DNA of 38,797 nucleotides, taken from contig JBEGVM010000148.1 in NCBI GenBank assembly GCA_041178365.1, positions 1 through 38,797 on the forward strand, given 5' to 3'. This stretch comes from Gemmatimonadota bacterium (GTDB lineage Bacteria > Gemmatimonadota > Gemmatimonadetes > Gemmatimonadales > Gemmatimonadaceae). Below, piece after piece: positions 9,212 through 19,012 of the stretch (position 1 is its first letter; each line of letters opens with the position of its first letter). The position numbers and the translations under genes are program-made. Under the pieces are notes generated by a model that ran no database searches, was not told the DNA's origin, and saw only the letters and a list, made by a program, of their open reading frames with translations.

Positions 9212-10863
9212 TGGAGCGAGGGGAGTTGGATCCCTTCGCGAACGGCCGTCTCCCGCGCGATCTCGTATCCGGCATCGGCATGCCGAGCGACCCCGATGCC
9301 AGGGTCGTTGGTCAATACGCGCTGCAGGCGCTCGCGCATGGCGGGCGTCCCATCCGCCACGATCACCTGCCCCGCATGCAGCGAGTTGCCGATCCCCACG
9401 CCCCCGCCGTGGTGGAAGCTGACCCAGCTCGCCCCACTCGCCACGTTGAGCAAGGCATTGAGGATCGCCCAATCGGCGATCGCATCACTGCCATCCTTCA
9501 TCGCCTCGGTCTCACGGAAGGGCGAGGCTACGCTCCCGGTGTCGAGGTGATCGCGTCCGATCACGATCGGCGCGGCAACCTCCCCGCGCGCCACGAGATC
9601 GTTGAGCGCCATCCCGAACTTCGCGCGCGCCCCCTGCCCGAGCCAGCAGATGCGCGCCGGCAATCCTTGGAATTGGATGCGCTCGCGCGCGAGAGTGATC
9701 CACCGTTTCAGATGGTCGTCCTCGGGGAACATCTCGAGCACGAGCGCGTCGGTCCGGGCGATGTCCTTGGGGTCGCCCGAGAGCGCGGCCCACCGGAAGG
9801 GCCCCCTCCCCTCAGCGAAGAGGGGCCGGATGTACTCCGGCACGAAGCCGGGGATGTCAAAGGCGTTCGTGACCCCCGCATCGAGCGCGACGGTCCGGAT
9901 GTTGTTCCCGTAGTCAAAGGCGATCGCGCCGCGCCGCTGCATCGTGAGCATCGCCTCCACATGGACGACGGCGCTTTCGGTGGAGTGGCGCAGATAGGTC
10001 GCTGGATCGGCGACGCGCAGGGCATTTGCCGCGGCGAGGGTCATCCCGTGCGGCACATAGCCATTGAGCATGTCGTGGGCGGACGTCTGATCTGTGACCA
10101 CATCCGGGATGTCGCCTCGTGCGATGAGCGCCGGCAGCACGTCGGCTGCGTTCCCGACCAACCCGACGGAGATCCCGCGCTTCGCTGCCTGCGCCTCACG
10201 CACCCAGCGCATCGCCTCGTCGATATCGTGCGTGATCCGATCGCAGTAGCCGGTGTCGACGCGCTTCTGGCTCCGCGCGGGATCGACGTCGATTCCCAGG
10301 AAGGCGGCGTCATGCATGGTGGCCGCTAGGGGCTGCGCCCCGCCCATCCCACCGAGGCCCGCGGTGAGCACAAAGCGCCCTGCGAGCGACCCACCAAAGT
10401 GCTGGCGCGCTACCGCGCCGAAGGTCTCGTAGGTCCCCTGCACGATCCCCTGCGAGCCGATGTAGATCCACGACCCCGCCGTCATCTGACCATACATCAT
10501 GAGCCCCTTTCGCTCCATCTCGCGGAAGTAGTCCCAGGTGGCGAAACGGCCAACGAGGTTCGAGTTCGCGATCAGGACACGCGGGGCGTGCGCATGCGTC
10601 CGAAACACCGCCACGGGCTTCCCGCTCTGGACGAGCAGGGTCTCATCCGATTCCAACGCCCGCAAGGAACGGACGATATCGTCGAACGCCTGCCAAGTCC
10701 GCGCCGCGCGCCCCGTGCCCCCGTAGACCACCAGATCATCCGGCCGCTCGGCGACCTCCGGATCGAGGTTGTTCATGAGCATGCGCAGGGCGGCTTCCTG
10801 TTCCCAGCCCTTGCAGGAGATCTCGGGACCGCGCGGAGCGCGGACGGGACGTGGCTGTGACAT
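9205..10863 (-). CDS. hutU: Urocanate hydratase
   Basis: [73 protein letters not shown]. Confidence 0.97.
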   Translation of the reverse strand: MSQPRPVRAPRGPEISCKGWEQEAALRMLMNNLDPEVAERPDDLVVYGGTGRAARTWQAFDDIVRSLRALESDETLLVQSGKPVAVFRTHAHAPRVLIANSNLVGRFATWDYFREMERKGLMMYGQMTAGSWIYIGSQGIVQGTYETFGAVARQHFGGSLAGRFVLTAGLGGMGGAQPLAATMHDAAFLGIDVDPARSQKRVDTGYCDRITHDIDEAMRWVREAQAAKRGISVGLVGNAADVLPALIARGDIPDVVTDQTSAHDMLNGYVPHGMTLAAANALRVADPATYLRHSTESAVVHVEAMLTMQRRGAIAFDYGNNIRTVALDAGVTNAFDIPGFVPEYIRPLFAEGRGPFRWAALSGDPKDIARTDALVLEMFPEDDHLKRWITLARERIQFQGLPARICWLGQGARAKFGMALNDLVARGEVAAPIVIGRDHLDTGSVASPFRETEAMKDGSDAIADWAILNALLNVASGASWVSFHHGGGVGIGNSLHAGQVIVADGTPAMRERLQRVLTNDPGIGVARHADAGYEIARETAVREGIQLPSLHC

Positions 10864-10872
10864 AGGGAGAAG

Positions 10873-12405
10873 TTAGTGCGCGGGGGAGGCGAAGCGCCCG
10901 TCCGCGATCGCGCGAGCCAGGCGTTCCATGTCGGGGCCCAGGACCCGATCGGCGGTCAATGACGGGACCAATGTGCGAATCGCGCGGTGCGCCGCTTCGA
11001 CCGCTGGGCTCCCGCGGAGTGGCCGGCGGTAGTCGATGCCCTGGGCGGCGCACATCAGCTCGATAGCAAGCACCTGTTCCACATTGCGGAGCAGCCGCCG
11101 CAGCTTGGTCGCCGCCCCCATCGCCATCGGGACGACATCCTCCTTGCTCCCATCGGTCGGGATCGAGTCGACACTCGCCGGGTGCGCGAGCCCTTTGCAC
11201 TCGCTGGTGATCGCGGCGGCGGTCACCTGCGCCATCATGAACCCCGAGCTCACCCCGGCGGTGGGTGTGAGGAAGGGAGGGAGTCCCTCGTTGAGGTCGG
11301 GGTGCACGAGCCGGTCGATCCGTCGCTCACTCATGACCGCGAGATTGGTCATGACGATGGCGAGGAGATCCAACGCGAGCGCGACCGCCTGGCCGTGGAA
11401 GTTGCCGCCGGAGAGCATCGTCCCGTCATCGAAGACGAGGGGATTGTCCGTCGCCGCGTTGAGTTCCGTGGCGATCACCCGCTCGGCGAATTCGATCGCC
11501 TCGAGGATCGGTCCGTGCACCTGCGGCATGCAGCGGAGCGCGTAGGCATCCTGCACCCGCGTGTCCCCGTCGCGGTGCGACTCGCGAATCTCACTCCCCC
11601 GGAGCAGGTCGAGGAGGAGCGCCGCTGAGGTCTGCTGTCCCACCTGTCCTCTCGCGGCATGGATGCGGGGGTCGAAGGCCGTCGGCGTCCCGAGGAGCGC
11701 CTCGAGCGACATCGCACCTGCCACATGCGCGGTGACCCAGGCCCGACGAGCCGCCGTCACCGCCAGTGCTGCGACGGCGGTGTGCGCTTGGGTGCCGTTG
11801 ATGAGGGCGAGCCCCTCCTTCGGACCGAGGGTCATCGGCGCGAGGTGGTGCGCCGCGAGCACCTCCGCCGCCGACCCGCGCCCAGCCGGATGGTTCAGCT
11901 CTCCCTCTCCGATGAGGGCAAGGGCGAGATGCGCGAGTGGGGCCAGATCCCCGCTCGCGCCGACCGACCCCTGCTCCGGGATATCGGGCCAGCACCGTGC
12001 ATTGAGCATCCCACAGAGCAACTCGGCGAGCTCCGGACGCGCCCCGCTGAACCCCTTCGCCAGCACGTTCGCACGTAAGAGCATCATGGCGCGTACCTCG
12101 GCCTCAGGGAGTCTCGGCCCCACCCCCGCGGCATGGCTGCGCACGAGATTCACCTGCAGTTGCGCGAGCTGATCCGCAGGGATGGCGACGTCGGAGAGCT
12201 TCCCGAACCCCGTGGTGACGCCGTAGACCGCCTCTCCACGCGCGGCGATGCCCTCCACCACGGTGCGGGTCGCCCGCATCCGAGCCACCGCCGTGGGAGC
12301 GATGGTGACCTGACGTCCCACCGTGGCGACCTCAACGACATCGGTGATGGCGAGGGAGGCCCCGTCGAGGATCAGCGGGAGCGTCGGCATGGGGTGCGCC
12401 GTCAT
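10873..12405 (-). CDS. hutH: Histidine ammonia-lyase
   Basis: Start ATG 12405 overlaps the upstream TGA; YGVTTGFG; LVRSHA (His-specific SH); MIO-forming GSVGASGDLAPL; QDAYALRC; SGGNFHG. Confidence 0.95.
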   Translation of the reverse strand: MTAHPMPTLPLILDGASLAITDVVEVATVGRQVTIAPTAVARMRATRTVVEGIAARGEAVYGVTTGFGKLSDVAIPADQLAQLQVNLVRSHAAGVGPRLPEAEVRAMMLLRANVLAKGFSGARPELAELLCGMLNARCWPDIPEQGSVGASGDLAPLAHLALALIGEGELNHPAGRGSAAEVLAAHHLAPMTLGPKEGLALINGTQAHTAVAALAVTAARRAWVTAHVAGAMSLEALLGTPTAFDPRIHAARGQVGQQTSAALLLDLLRGSEIRESHRDGDTRVQDAYALRCMPQVHGPILEAIEFAERVIATELNAATDNPLVFDDGTMLSGGNFHGQAVALALDLLAIVMTNLAVMSERRIDRLVHPDLNEGLPPFLTPTAGVSSGFMMAQVTAAAITSECKGLAHPASVDSIPTDGSKEDVVPMAMGAATKLRRLLRNVEQVLAIELMCAAQGIDYRRPLRGSPAVEAAHRAIRTLVPSLTADRVLGPDMERLARAIADGRFASPAH

Positions 12406-15400
12406 GGGGTACGGAGTCCTGCTCCCGGGGGGCGGAACGTCTGGCGATCGTAGTCGAGCTTGATCTCCGGTTGCGCCTTGAGGGAGATGAAGAAGGTGAA
12501 GGCGAAATTCCCGTTCGGGGCCTGCGTGAAGCCAAAGACCGCGCGCCAATCGTGCAGCTCCCGCTGCAACGACACCACCTGGCTGGCGAACTCACTGCGC
12601 ACCACGTCGTAGGTCGTGCTCCACGACCCCGCCCACCGCGGCGTGAGATTGAAGGTCGTGCGGATCCCGACGGAGGTAGTCGGCGGCACCCGGAAGAAGG
12701 TGGCCCCGGAGGGGCCGGCCGTCTGCGCGACCTGCGTCGCCGCCGAGCGCTCCGCCTGGAAGACGCAGGTATCGTACTGCGGGAAGCCGAGCAGGGCCTG
12801 GCACTGCAGGGTAGGATCGAAATCGACGATGCGCCCACCGACTGGCGGACGTTGGCGCTGCGAGCTCACCGTGAAAGCGGCGGTGAATCCCTGCCCCGTC
12901 GGGATCTCTTGGATCCCCCCGCGCGTCCGTGTGCCGGTGGTGGCCCCCATGCCGTTGAGCGAGCCCGCCGCGGAGATCAGCCCGCCCCCCATGGGGCTCG
13001 TCGATGCCATCGGTGATGGACCGGTCCGCGACGCCCCCATCGAGATGCCGAAGAGCTTCGCGATCGCTTGGACGATGCTCGAGTTGGCATCGAGGTTGAA
13101 GGAAGCGCGCACCGCCTCGCGGTAGGGATCGAAGCTGGCCGAGTCGCTGAGGAGATCACCCTGGAAGAGCGAGTAGTCGACCCCGAGATCGAACCCCGGG
13201 AGGAGATCGGAGCGGAAGGTGTAGCCAAAGCGGTCGGTCGCGAACCCGGTCTTCCCAGTCGCACGCCGTCGCTCGAAATCGTACGCGATCCCGGTGAACT
13301 GGATCGTCGCGACCTTCACCTTCTTCCCGCCATCCGCCGAGAGATCCGTGGAGTCCTGCGGCACGCGGAGCTTGGCCTCGATATTCGTGGTGAGGCCGAG
13401 CGACACGCGATTCTGCGCGAGGGAGCCGAGGTAGCCGGCGCGCGTGCGGCCTGTGGCGGCGAGGAAGGCATCGGGGACCGATGCCTCCGGGGAGAACGAG
13501 TAACTCAGCGTCGGCGAGATCGCGTGCCGGAACCGCTGCACGGGGCCGAAGCCAGGCAAGAGGGCGTAGATGGTGGGCGAGACCCCGACGCCGTAGGACA
13601 ACCGCTTGCGCTGCGTGACCCACGCCCCATTGGAACGAAAGGTCCGCACGGCGAATCCGCCGGGATCGACGTTCGACGCCGTCACGGAGGGGGTCAGGTT
13701 CCAGGTCCCCTGCAAAAACTGTGGTAGCCCGATGGAGATGTCGGCATCGAGGCTCGACTCATACGTCTGCTGGAAGACGCGATCGACGCGCACACTGCTG
13801 TCCCGCACATCGCGGAGCGTGATGATCTGTGGGTAGTCGAAGACCTGCTGATTGAAGCGGAGCCCGCTCTGGACCTGGAAGTCGAAGATCTTGAATGGGG
13901 TGCCGATCGACAGGGTCGTCGTCCCTGTATTCCGCTTGAGGCGGACCGAGTCGAGTCCGGCCGTCGTCTGGAGATAGCGATAGGCGAAGTCGCCGGTCGC
14001 ATCGAGGTTGTAACTGTTCCGCTGTCCGAACTGCAGACTGGGATTCAGGACGAACCACCGGCCCAGCTCGAGTGGCTTCGACGCGATGTTGAGTGAGGGA
14101 AAGTCCTGATCGACCTGGTCGCGACCCGGATACTGCCGACGGGTGCCACCCAGGTTCACCGAGAAGGGCCCTTGCTGCCGCACCAGGTTCATCTGGGAGG
14201 CGATCGTCGCCACGGCGGCGAGGGGATTGATGATCGTCTGCCGCTGGATCTGCGTGCTGGTGACGTAATTGAGGTTGGTGTTGATGCGCGTCCGAGAGGA
14301 GAACTCCTGGGCATGCGACCAACTGACGGCGGTGTTCTGGTTCCCCGTGCTCAGCGTGTTCTGCGAGAGCGCGAGGGTGCCGGACATGAAGCGATCGAGC
14401 CAGCGGTAGCGGATCTCCCCATTGAACCGGGTCCACCCCGGGTCCTGCGCCGTCGCCCGCGCGCTGGAGCGCCAGTCCATGGAGACCTGTGCGTCGATGA
14501 AGTCGTTGATCGCGAAGTAGTACCCTAGGTTCTCCACCGTGCGCCGATACGTCGGAGAATTACGCACCAACTCGGCGAATCCCATGCGCGGGGGGATGAT
14601 CCCCGAGCGGCGCCCGGAGCGGATATCCTGGAAGATGAAGGGGAGCCACATCACCGGCACATCTTGGACGTAGAGGATCGCCGGGCGCGCGACGAGCGTG
14701 CTCCCACTCACCCGCTTCAATTCCTTCGCGAGGAAGTGATAGTGCGGGACACTATCGAGGCAGGAGGTGATGACCCCGTCGCGGCCGTAGACGGTATTGC
14801 GATCCGCCGCGGTGTCGGAGGCGAACGCCGCGCGATGCGCCATCACGCGCCACTCCTCTCCGGCCTTCGCGATGGTACTGAAGTCGCGGGTGCGGCCTTC
14901 CCGGCGTTCCACATCGTAGACCAACTCCTCCTGCCCGATGATGTCATCACCACGCGCGGGATCCCGCATGACGATCGTGTCCCCGCGGGCGGTGACCCGC
15001 TTGATGCTATCGCTGTAGGCGATCTGATCCGCCACGAGGAGCGTGGAATCGCGCTGCACCGCCGCGCGCGCGGTGGAATCCCGCTGCAACGTCATGACGC
15101 GCCCGGTCGCCTCGAAGCGCATCTGCCCCGCTTGGTATCGCACCGCCGTATAGCCACGCCGCGCCATCAGGGCACGAATGACGCTGTCGTCAGGAGCCCA
15201 GGAGACGAGGACCCCGGCGGCAGGGGCGCGAGATACGGAGTCGACGCCGGGACGCCCCTGAGGTGATGGTGAGGGCATGGGCATCCCCGTTCGCATCGGC
15301 TCCTGCCCCGCCGGGCGCGGCCGCACCGGCTGTGCCGCGAGCCCGGTCGGCACCAGCCCGCCGACGACGACCACGAGCGCCATGACGGCGCCGATCCGGC

Positions 15401-16142
15401 GCATCCGACGCCGATAGACGAGCCAGGAGACGATGATACTGACCTCGTACAGACCGTAGAGCGGCACCGCCATCAGGGCGGTCATGATCAGCAGATCCCC
15501 CGGGGTCACGACCGCAGAGATCACAAAACTCGCTGCCATCGCGTAGCGCCGGAACTTCGTCATCGCCATCGGCGTGACCAGCCCGATCGCGGTCAACGCC
15601 AAGACCACGACCGGCAGCTGCGAGATCGCGCCAAAGGCCAAGCAGGTCGTGACCATGAAGCCGAAGACATCGCGCGCCGTGAAGAGGGGCTGAAGCGAGG
15701 CGGACTGCATCCCCACCAGCACCTTGAAGATGATCGGCAGCACGAAGCGCCACGCGACATACACCCCCGTCCCGAAGAGGGCCGTCGCCCCCAGGAGCAC
15801 CGGGAGCATGAGCCGCTTCTCGTGGGGATGGAGCGCGGGTGAGAGGAAAGACCAGACGTGATACCCGACGACCGGCAGCGAGCAGACGAGGCCCACGGCG
15901 AAGGCGACTTTGAGACTGATCGAGAAAGGGTCGAGGGGATGCGTGACGACGAGCTTCCCCTCCGGGAGGTAGGGCATCACGGGGGCGGCCAGCCACCCGA
16001 TCACATCGAACTCAGGGCGCATGACGATGACCAGCGCCCCCATCATGCAGAGCAGGAGCGCTCCCACGCTCCACATCAGGCGATACCGCAGCTCCTCGAG
16101 ATGATCGAGGAAGGGCATCTCCGCGGCGGGTCCGGATGTCAT
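12402..16142 (-). CDS. tatC-lptD: In-frame fusion of TatC (about 16142-15405), an internal signal peptide and an LptD-type LPS assembly outer-membrane protein (15404-12402)
   Basis: TatC part: MPFLDHLEELRYRL, YHVWSFLSPALHPHEKR, VTPGD, LYEVSI. Then, with no stop, MRRIGAVMALVVVVGGLVPTGLAA-QP. LptD part: ITSCLDSVPHYHF, RPAILYVQDVPVMWLPF, RRSGIIPP, GYYFAINDFID, C-terminal LQRELHDW..F.F.ISLK. The ORF-track extension to 16607 overlaps cpoB and was discarded. Confidence 0.88.
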   Translation of the reverse strand: MTSGPAAEMPFLDHLEELRYRLMWSVGALLLCMMGALVIVMRPEFDVIGWLAAPVMPYLPEGKLVVTHPLDPFSISLKVAFAVGLVCSLPVVGYHVWSFLSPALHPHEKRLMLPVLLGATALFGTGVYVAWRFVLPIIFKVLVGMQSASLQPLFTARDVFGFMVTTCLAFGAISQLPVVVLALTAIGLVTPMAMTKFRRYAMAASFVISAVVTPGDLLIMTALMAVPLYGLYEVSIIVSWLVYRRRMRRIGAVMALVVVVGGLVPTGLAAQPVRPRPAGQEPMRTGMPMPSPSPQGRPGVDSVSRAPAAGVLVSWAPDDSVIRALMARRGYTAVRYQAGQMRFEATGRVMTLQRDSTARAAVQRDSTLLVADQIAYSDSIKRVTARGDTIVMRDPARGDDIIGQEELVYDVERREGRTRDFSTIAKAGEEWRVMAHRAAFASDTAADRNTVYGRDGVITSCLDSVPHYHFLAKELKRVSGSTLVARPAILYVQDVPVMWLPFIFQDIRSGRRSGIIPPRMGFAELVRNSPTYRRTVENLGYYFAINDFIDAQVSMDWRSSARATAQDPGWTRFNGEIRYRWLDRFMSGTLALSQNTLSTGNQNTAVSWSHAQEFSSRTRINTNLNYVTSTQIQRQTIINPLAAVATIASQMNLVRQQGPFSVNLGGTRRQYPGRDQVDQDFPSLNIASKPLELGRWFVLNPSLQFGQRNSYNLDATGDFAYRYLQTTAGLDSVRLKRNTGTTTLSIGTPFKIFDFQVQSGLRFNQQVFDYPQIITLRDVRDSSVRVDRVFQQTYESSLDADISIGLPQFLQGTWNLTPSVTASNVDPGGFAVRTFRSNGAWVTQRKRLSYGVGVSPTIYALLPGFGPVQRFRHAISPTLSYSFSPEASVPDAFLAATGRTRAGYLGSLAQNRVSLGLTTNIEAKLRVPQDSTDLSADGGKKVKVATIQFTGIAYDFERRRATGKTGFATDRFGYTFRSDLLPGFDLGVDYSLFQGDLLSDSASFDPYREAVRASFNLDANSSIVQAIAKLFGISMGASRTGPSPMASTSPMGGGLISAAGSLNGMGATTGTRTRGGIQEIPTGQGFTAAFTVSSQRQRPPVGGRIVDFDPTLQCQALLGFPQYDTCVFQAERSAATQVAQTAGPSGATFFRVPPTTSVGIRTTFNLTPRWAGSWSTTYDVVRSEFASQVVSLQRELHDWRAVFGFTQAPNGNFAFTFFISLKAQPEIKLDYDRQTFRPPGAGLRTP

Positions 16143-16179
16143 GCGCGCACCATGCGGCGAAGGCCTCGACGACGGCGCG

Positions 16180-17028
16180 TCAGGGGCGCCGCGTCGTCCC
16201 GACGAACTGCTCGGAGAGGACCGCCGCCTCTGAGCGCGGATAGCGCTGGATGATCTGCCGATAGAGGACCCGAGCCGGCTCGGTCTTCCCCGCGATGCGC
16301 AGCGCCGTCGCGCGCTTGTACAGCGCCGTGGGGGCGCGCTCAGAGTTCGGGTAGCGGACCGCCACCTGCTCGTAGAGCGAGTCGGCCGCCGTCGCATTCC
16401 CCTCCGCCGTGAAGGCCTCAGCCATCCCGTACAGCGCATCGGCCGCGAGGTCCGACCGCGGGTACTGCGCCAGCAGCGCACCGAACGCGCTCCGAGCGGA
16501 CGCGCCGCTCCCTCGTCGCAGTTGATCCTGCCCCATCTGATACAACTGCGCTGGCCCCGGTGTCGCGGACGGCGCGGTCGGCGTACGTGCCGAATCGCGC
16601 CCGCCACTCATCGCCCCAGCGGATCCCGCCGCTCGCTCGCCGGCATCCGACTCGAGGTCGGCGCGGAGTTCCTGGATGCGCCGCTGCGACTGCCCGGTGA
16701 GCTCTTGGATCGCGATGAGCTGCGCGCGGACGTTCTGGAGGTCCTCTCGGACATCCCCACGCAACCGCACGACGGTGGCGCTCATGTTGCGCACGGTGTC
16801 GTTCGTCGCGCGTAATAGCGTCGCGATCTGCAGGAGCGTGGTATCCATCGCCGCCGCCCGCAGGGAGTCCCGCAGACGCTCGGCCGTCTGCAGGCGACGG
16901 AATTCGTCGCGGACCGCGACGACATCGCCTTGCACGACCCGAAGGTCCTGCTGGGTCGCAAGGCAGGCGCCGGCCGTCAGGATGACGACCGGCGCCCAGA
17001 ACAGCCGGAGGGAAGACCGCAGGGTCAC
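16180..17028 (-). CDS. cpoB: Tol-Pal system protein CpoB/YbgF (coiled coil plus TPR), predicted lipoprotein
   Basis: GTG 17028 overlaps the pal stop; lipobox-like TAGA-C; coiled coil; TPRs QYPRSDLAADALY, RYPNSERAPTALYK, QRYPRSEAA; directly downstream of pal. Confidence 0.88.
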   Translation of the reverse strand: MTLRSSLRLFWAPVVILTAGACLATQQDLRVVQGDVVAVRDEFRRLQTAERLRDSLRAAAMDTTLLQIATLLRATNDTVRNMSATVVRLRGDVREDLQNVRAQLIAIQELTGQSQRRIQELRADLESDAGERAAGSAGAMSGGRDSARTPTAPSATPGPAQLYQMGQDQLRRGSGASARSAFGALLAQYPRSDLAADALYGMAEAFTAEGNATAADSLYEQVAVRYPNSERAPTALYKRATALRIAGKTEPARVLYRQIIQRYPRSEAAVLSEQFVGTTRRP

Positions 17029-17657
17029 CGCGGCGGGACCCCACCCGCGATGATCTCGAACTCGTCGCGACGGTTCTGCGCCCACGCCGCCTCGGTCGAC
17101 TCGACGTTCAACGGACGCTCCTCACCGAAGGAGACCACGGCGATCCGCTCATCGGCGATCCCGAGGTCGACGAGGTAGCGCTTGGCGGCGGCCGCACGGC
17201 GCATGCCGAGCGCGATGTTGTACTCGTCAGAGCCCCGCTCATCGGTATGCCCGGCGACGCGGATCCGCACCGACGGATTCGCTTGGAGGAAGGCCAGCTT
17301 CGCGTCGAGGGTCGCCCGAGCTTCCGCGCGCAGATCCGACTGGTCGTAGTCGAAGAAGATCATCTCCGTCAGGACCGCCCGCGGGTCCGATGTCGAGAGA
17401 TCCCGGCCGGCGACGGTCCCGGTCGCACCGGCGAGCCGATCGCCTACTGCTGAGGTGGCGGCGCCCGCAGCCGGCGCGGCAGGGACGGGGGCGGCGGGCG
17501 CTGGCGCGGGAGCCACAGGGGCCGCGGTCGGCGCCGCCGGCGAGGCCACCGCAGGGGCCGACTCAGGCGTCGGTTCGGTCTTCGGCGTCACACCCTTGCA
17601 CGCCGCAAGGGAGAAGAGCGCGACAGCGACCACCGGAAGAGTGCGACGAGCGGTCAT
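17025..17657 (-). CDS. pal: Peptidoglycan-associated lipoprotein Pal
   Basis: ATG 17657 with GGAG RBS; lipobox LAAC; Pro/Ala linker; OmpA-C domain IFFDYDQSDL...GHTDERGSDEYNIALGMRRA...SFGEERP...NRRDEF. Confidence 0.95.
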   Translation of the reverse strand: MTARRTLPVVAVALFSLAACKGVTPKTEPTPESAPAVASPAAPTAAPVAPAPAPAAPVPAAPAAGAATSAVGDRLAGATGTVAGRDLSTSDPRAVLTEMIFFDYDQSDLRAEARATLDAKLAFLQANPSVRIRVAGHTDERGSDEYNIALGMRRAAAAKRYLVDLGIADERIAVVSFGEERPLNVESTEAAWAQNRRDEFEIIAGGVPPR

Positions 17658-17704
17658 GGGAGCCTCTCCAAATCGAGGAGTGAGAAGGGGGAAAGATAAC
17701 CGAG

Positions 17705-19012
17705 TCAGGGGGTGCTCAGGAGCCGCGGGGACCATGCCCCCATGCGAGTGGCCACCCCTCGGGTGAGTTGCCGCACCCGCCCCGACTCTATATCCAGTAC
17801 CCACAACTGCCGCGTTCCGGTCCGCGACGAGGTGAAGACGAGGTGACGTCCATCTGGTGCCCACGACGGATCCTCGTTGATCCCCTCGGTCGTGTACTGC
17901 CGGACGGTGCGATCCCGTAGGCTGATCGTGGCGATCTGGAACCGCCCATCGATCTGCGTGGAGAAGGCGACGAATCGCCCATCAGGGGACCAAGCCGGAT
18001 CGGCGCGATAGGGGGCGTCGGTCAGCGCGGTCGAGGTCAGCAGCTCCGGGTTCGCCCCATCGGCATCGGTGAGATAGATCTCGTTGCGTCCCAGGCGGGA
18101 GGTCGTGAACGCGATCCGCCGGCCATCGGGCGCAAAGGTCGGCTGTGCGTTGGTCGATCCGCGACCCACGGTGACGCGCAGGGGGGGCTCCTCCCACGCG
18201 CCGACCGGCACGAGGTACAGGTCGGTCCCCGACTCCCCCGCCGCGAAGGCCAGCCACTTCCCATCCGGAGAGAAGGCCGGCGAGAGGCTGAGGGGAGCGG
18301 AGGTCCGCACCCGCTGCTCCTCACCTGAGGTCAGATCCCGCACCACGACGGAGGTCCCGTCATCCCGCATCCGAGCAAAGGCGATCGATCGACCGTCCGG
18401 ATGCCAGGCGGGCCCGAGCGCCGCCCCCACCCCAGCGACCATCTGTTCGTTCACCCCATCGCTATCGATCTGCCAGAGCGCGCCACCTCGGACGAAGAGG
18501 ACACGAGTTGCCGCAATCCCCGAGGTCCCCGTGACCCACGCCTCGACCCGATCCGCGATCGCGTGCACCGCGAGACGCCAAGCGGGGGAATATCGCGGCC
18601 CTGGCAACGGGAATCGCTGGGCCTCCTGCGCCTGTCCCGCCACGACATCGTGGAGGGTGACCAGCACGCTCCCATCGGCCTGTAGCACGAGCTGCAACAC
18701 CCCCGCCGCACCCAGTCGCGCATACAGCGGATAGTTCAGTCGGCCGGTGGGGGGAACCACACCGGAATCGGGAGAGATGACCGTCAGCCGATGCCCGAAC
18801 TCCAGATCACGCGCGATGATGCGCCGCACCGAATCCGCATCCACGCCACGCACGGGGAGGAGATAGATCCCAGGCTGCGTACCCGGGGTGTAGGTGAGAC
18901 CAATCCGAACGCCGGGTTCCTGTGCGACGACGGTCTGCGGCGCAGCACTGACGCCCAGAAGCGCCAGCAGCGCGACCATCCGCAGGGCGCGCCCCCACGT
19001 TCCACCCCTCAT
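17705..19012 (-). CDS. tolB: TolB beta-propeller protein
   Basis: Signal peptide; PD40 repeats (PAWHPDG, PAFSPDG, PTFAPDG, PAWSPDG, PSWAPDG); lies between tolA and pal. Confidence 0.92.
   Translation of the reverse strand: MRGGTWGRALRMVALLALLGVSAAPQTVVAQEPGVRIGLTYTPGTQPGIYLLPVRGVDADSVRRIIARDLEFGHRLTVISPDSGVVPPTGRLNYPLYARLGAAGVLQLVLQADGSVLVTLHDVVAGQAQEAQRFPLPGPRYSPAWRLAVHAIADRVEAWVTGTSGIAATRVLFVRGGALWQIDSDGVNEQMVAGVGAALGPAWHPDGRSIAFARMRDDGTSVVVRDLTSGEEQRVRTSAPLSLSPAFSPDGKWLAFAAGESGTDLYLVPVGAWEEPPLRVTVGRGSTNAQPTFAPDGRRIAFTTSRLGRNEIYLTDADGANPELLTSTALTDAPYRADPAWSPDGRFVAFSTQIDGRFQIATISLRDRTVRQYTTEGINEDPSWAPDGRHLVFTSSRTGTRQLWVLDIESGRVRQLTRGVATRMGAWSPRLLSTP

Noticed and set aside
6984-12405. hut-like genes as an ergothioneine or methylhistidine degradation pathway
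   Set aside because: HutH keeps the MIO-forming ASG and the His-specific SH pair, and HutU/HutI motifs look canonical. Nothing beyond the radical SAM neighbour suggests another substrate.
15405-15420. Possible leaderless internal promoter for lptD (TATCGG 6 nt before ATG 15404)
   Set aside because: It lacks the nearly invariant final T of the -10 box and is explained by Tyr-Arg codons. It is not fully excluded without TSS data.
16143-16607. 155-aa N-terminal extension of the TatC-LptD ORF in the track
   Set aside because: It overlaps cpoB in another frame and is Arg/Ser-rich noise. TatC homology starts at MTSGPAAEMPFLDHLEELR (16142).
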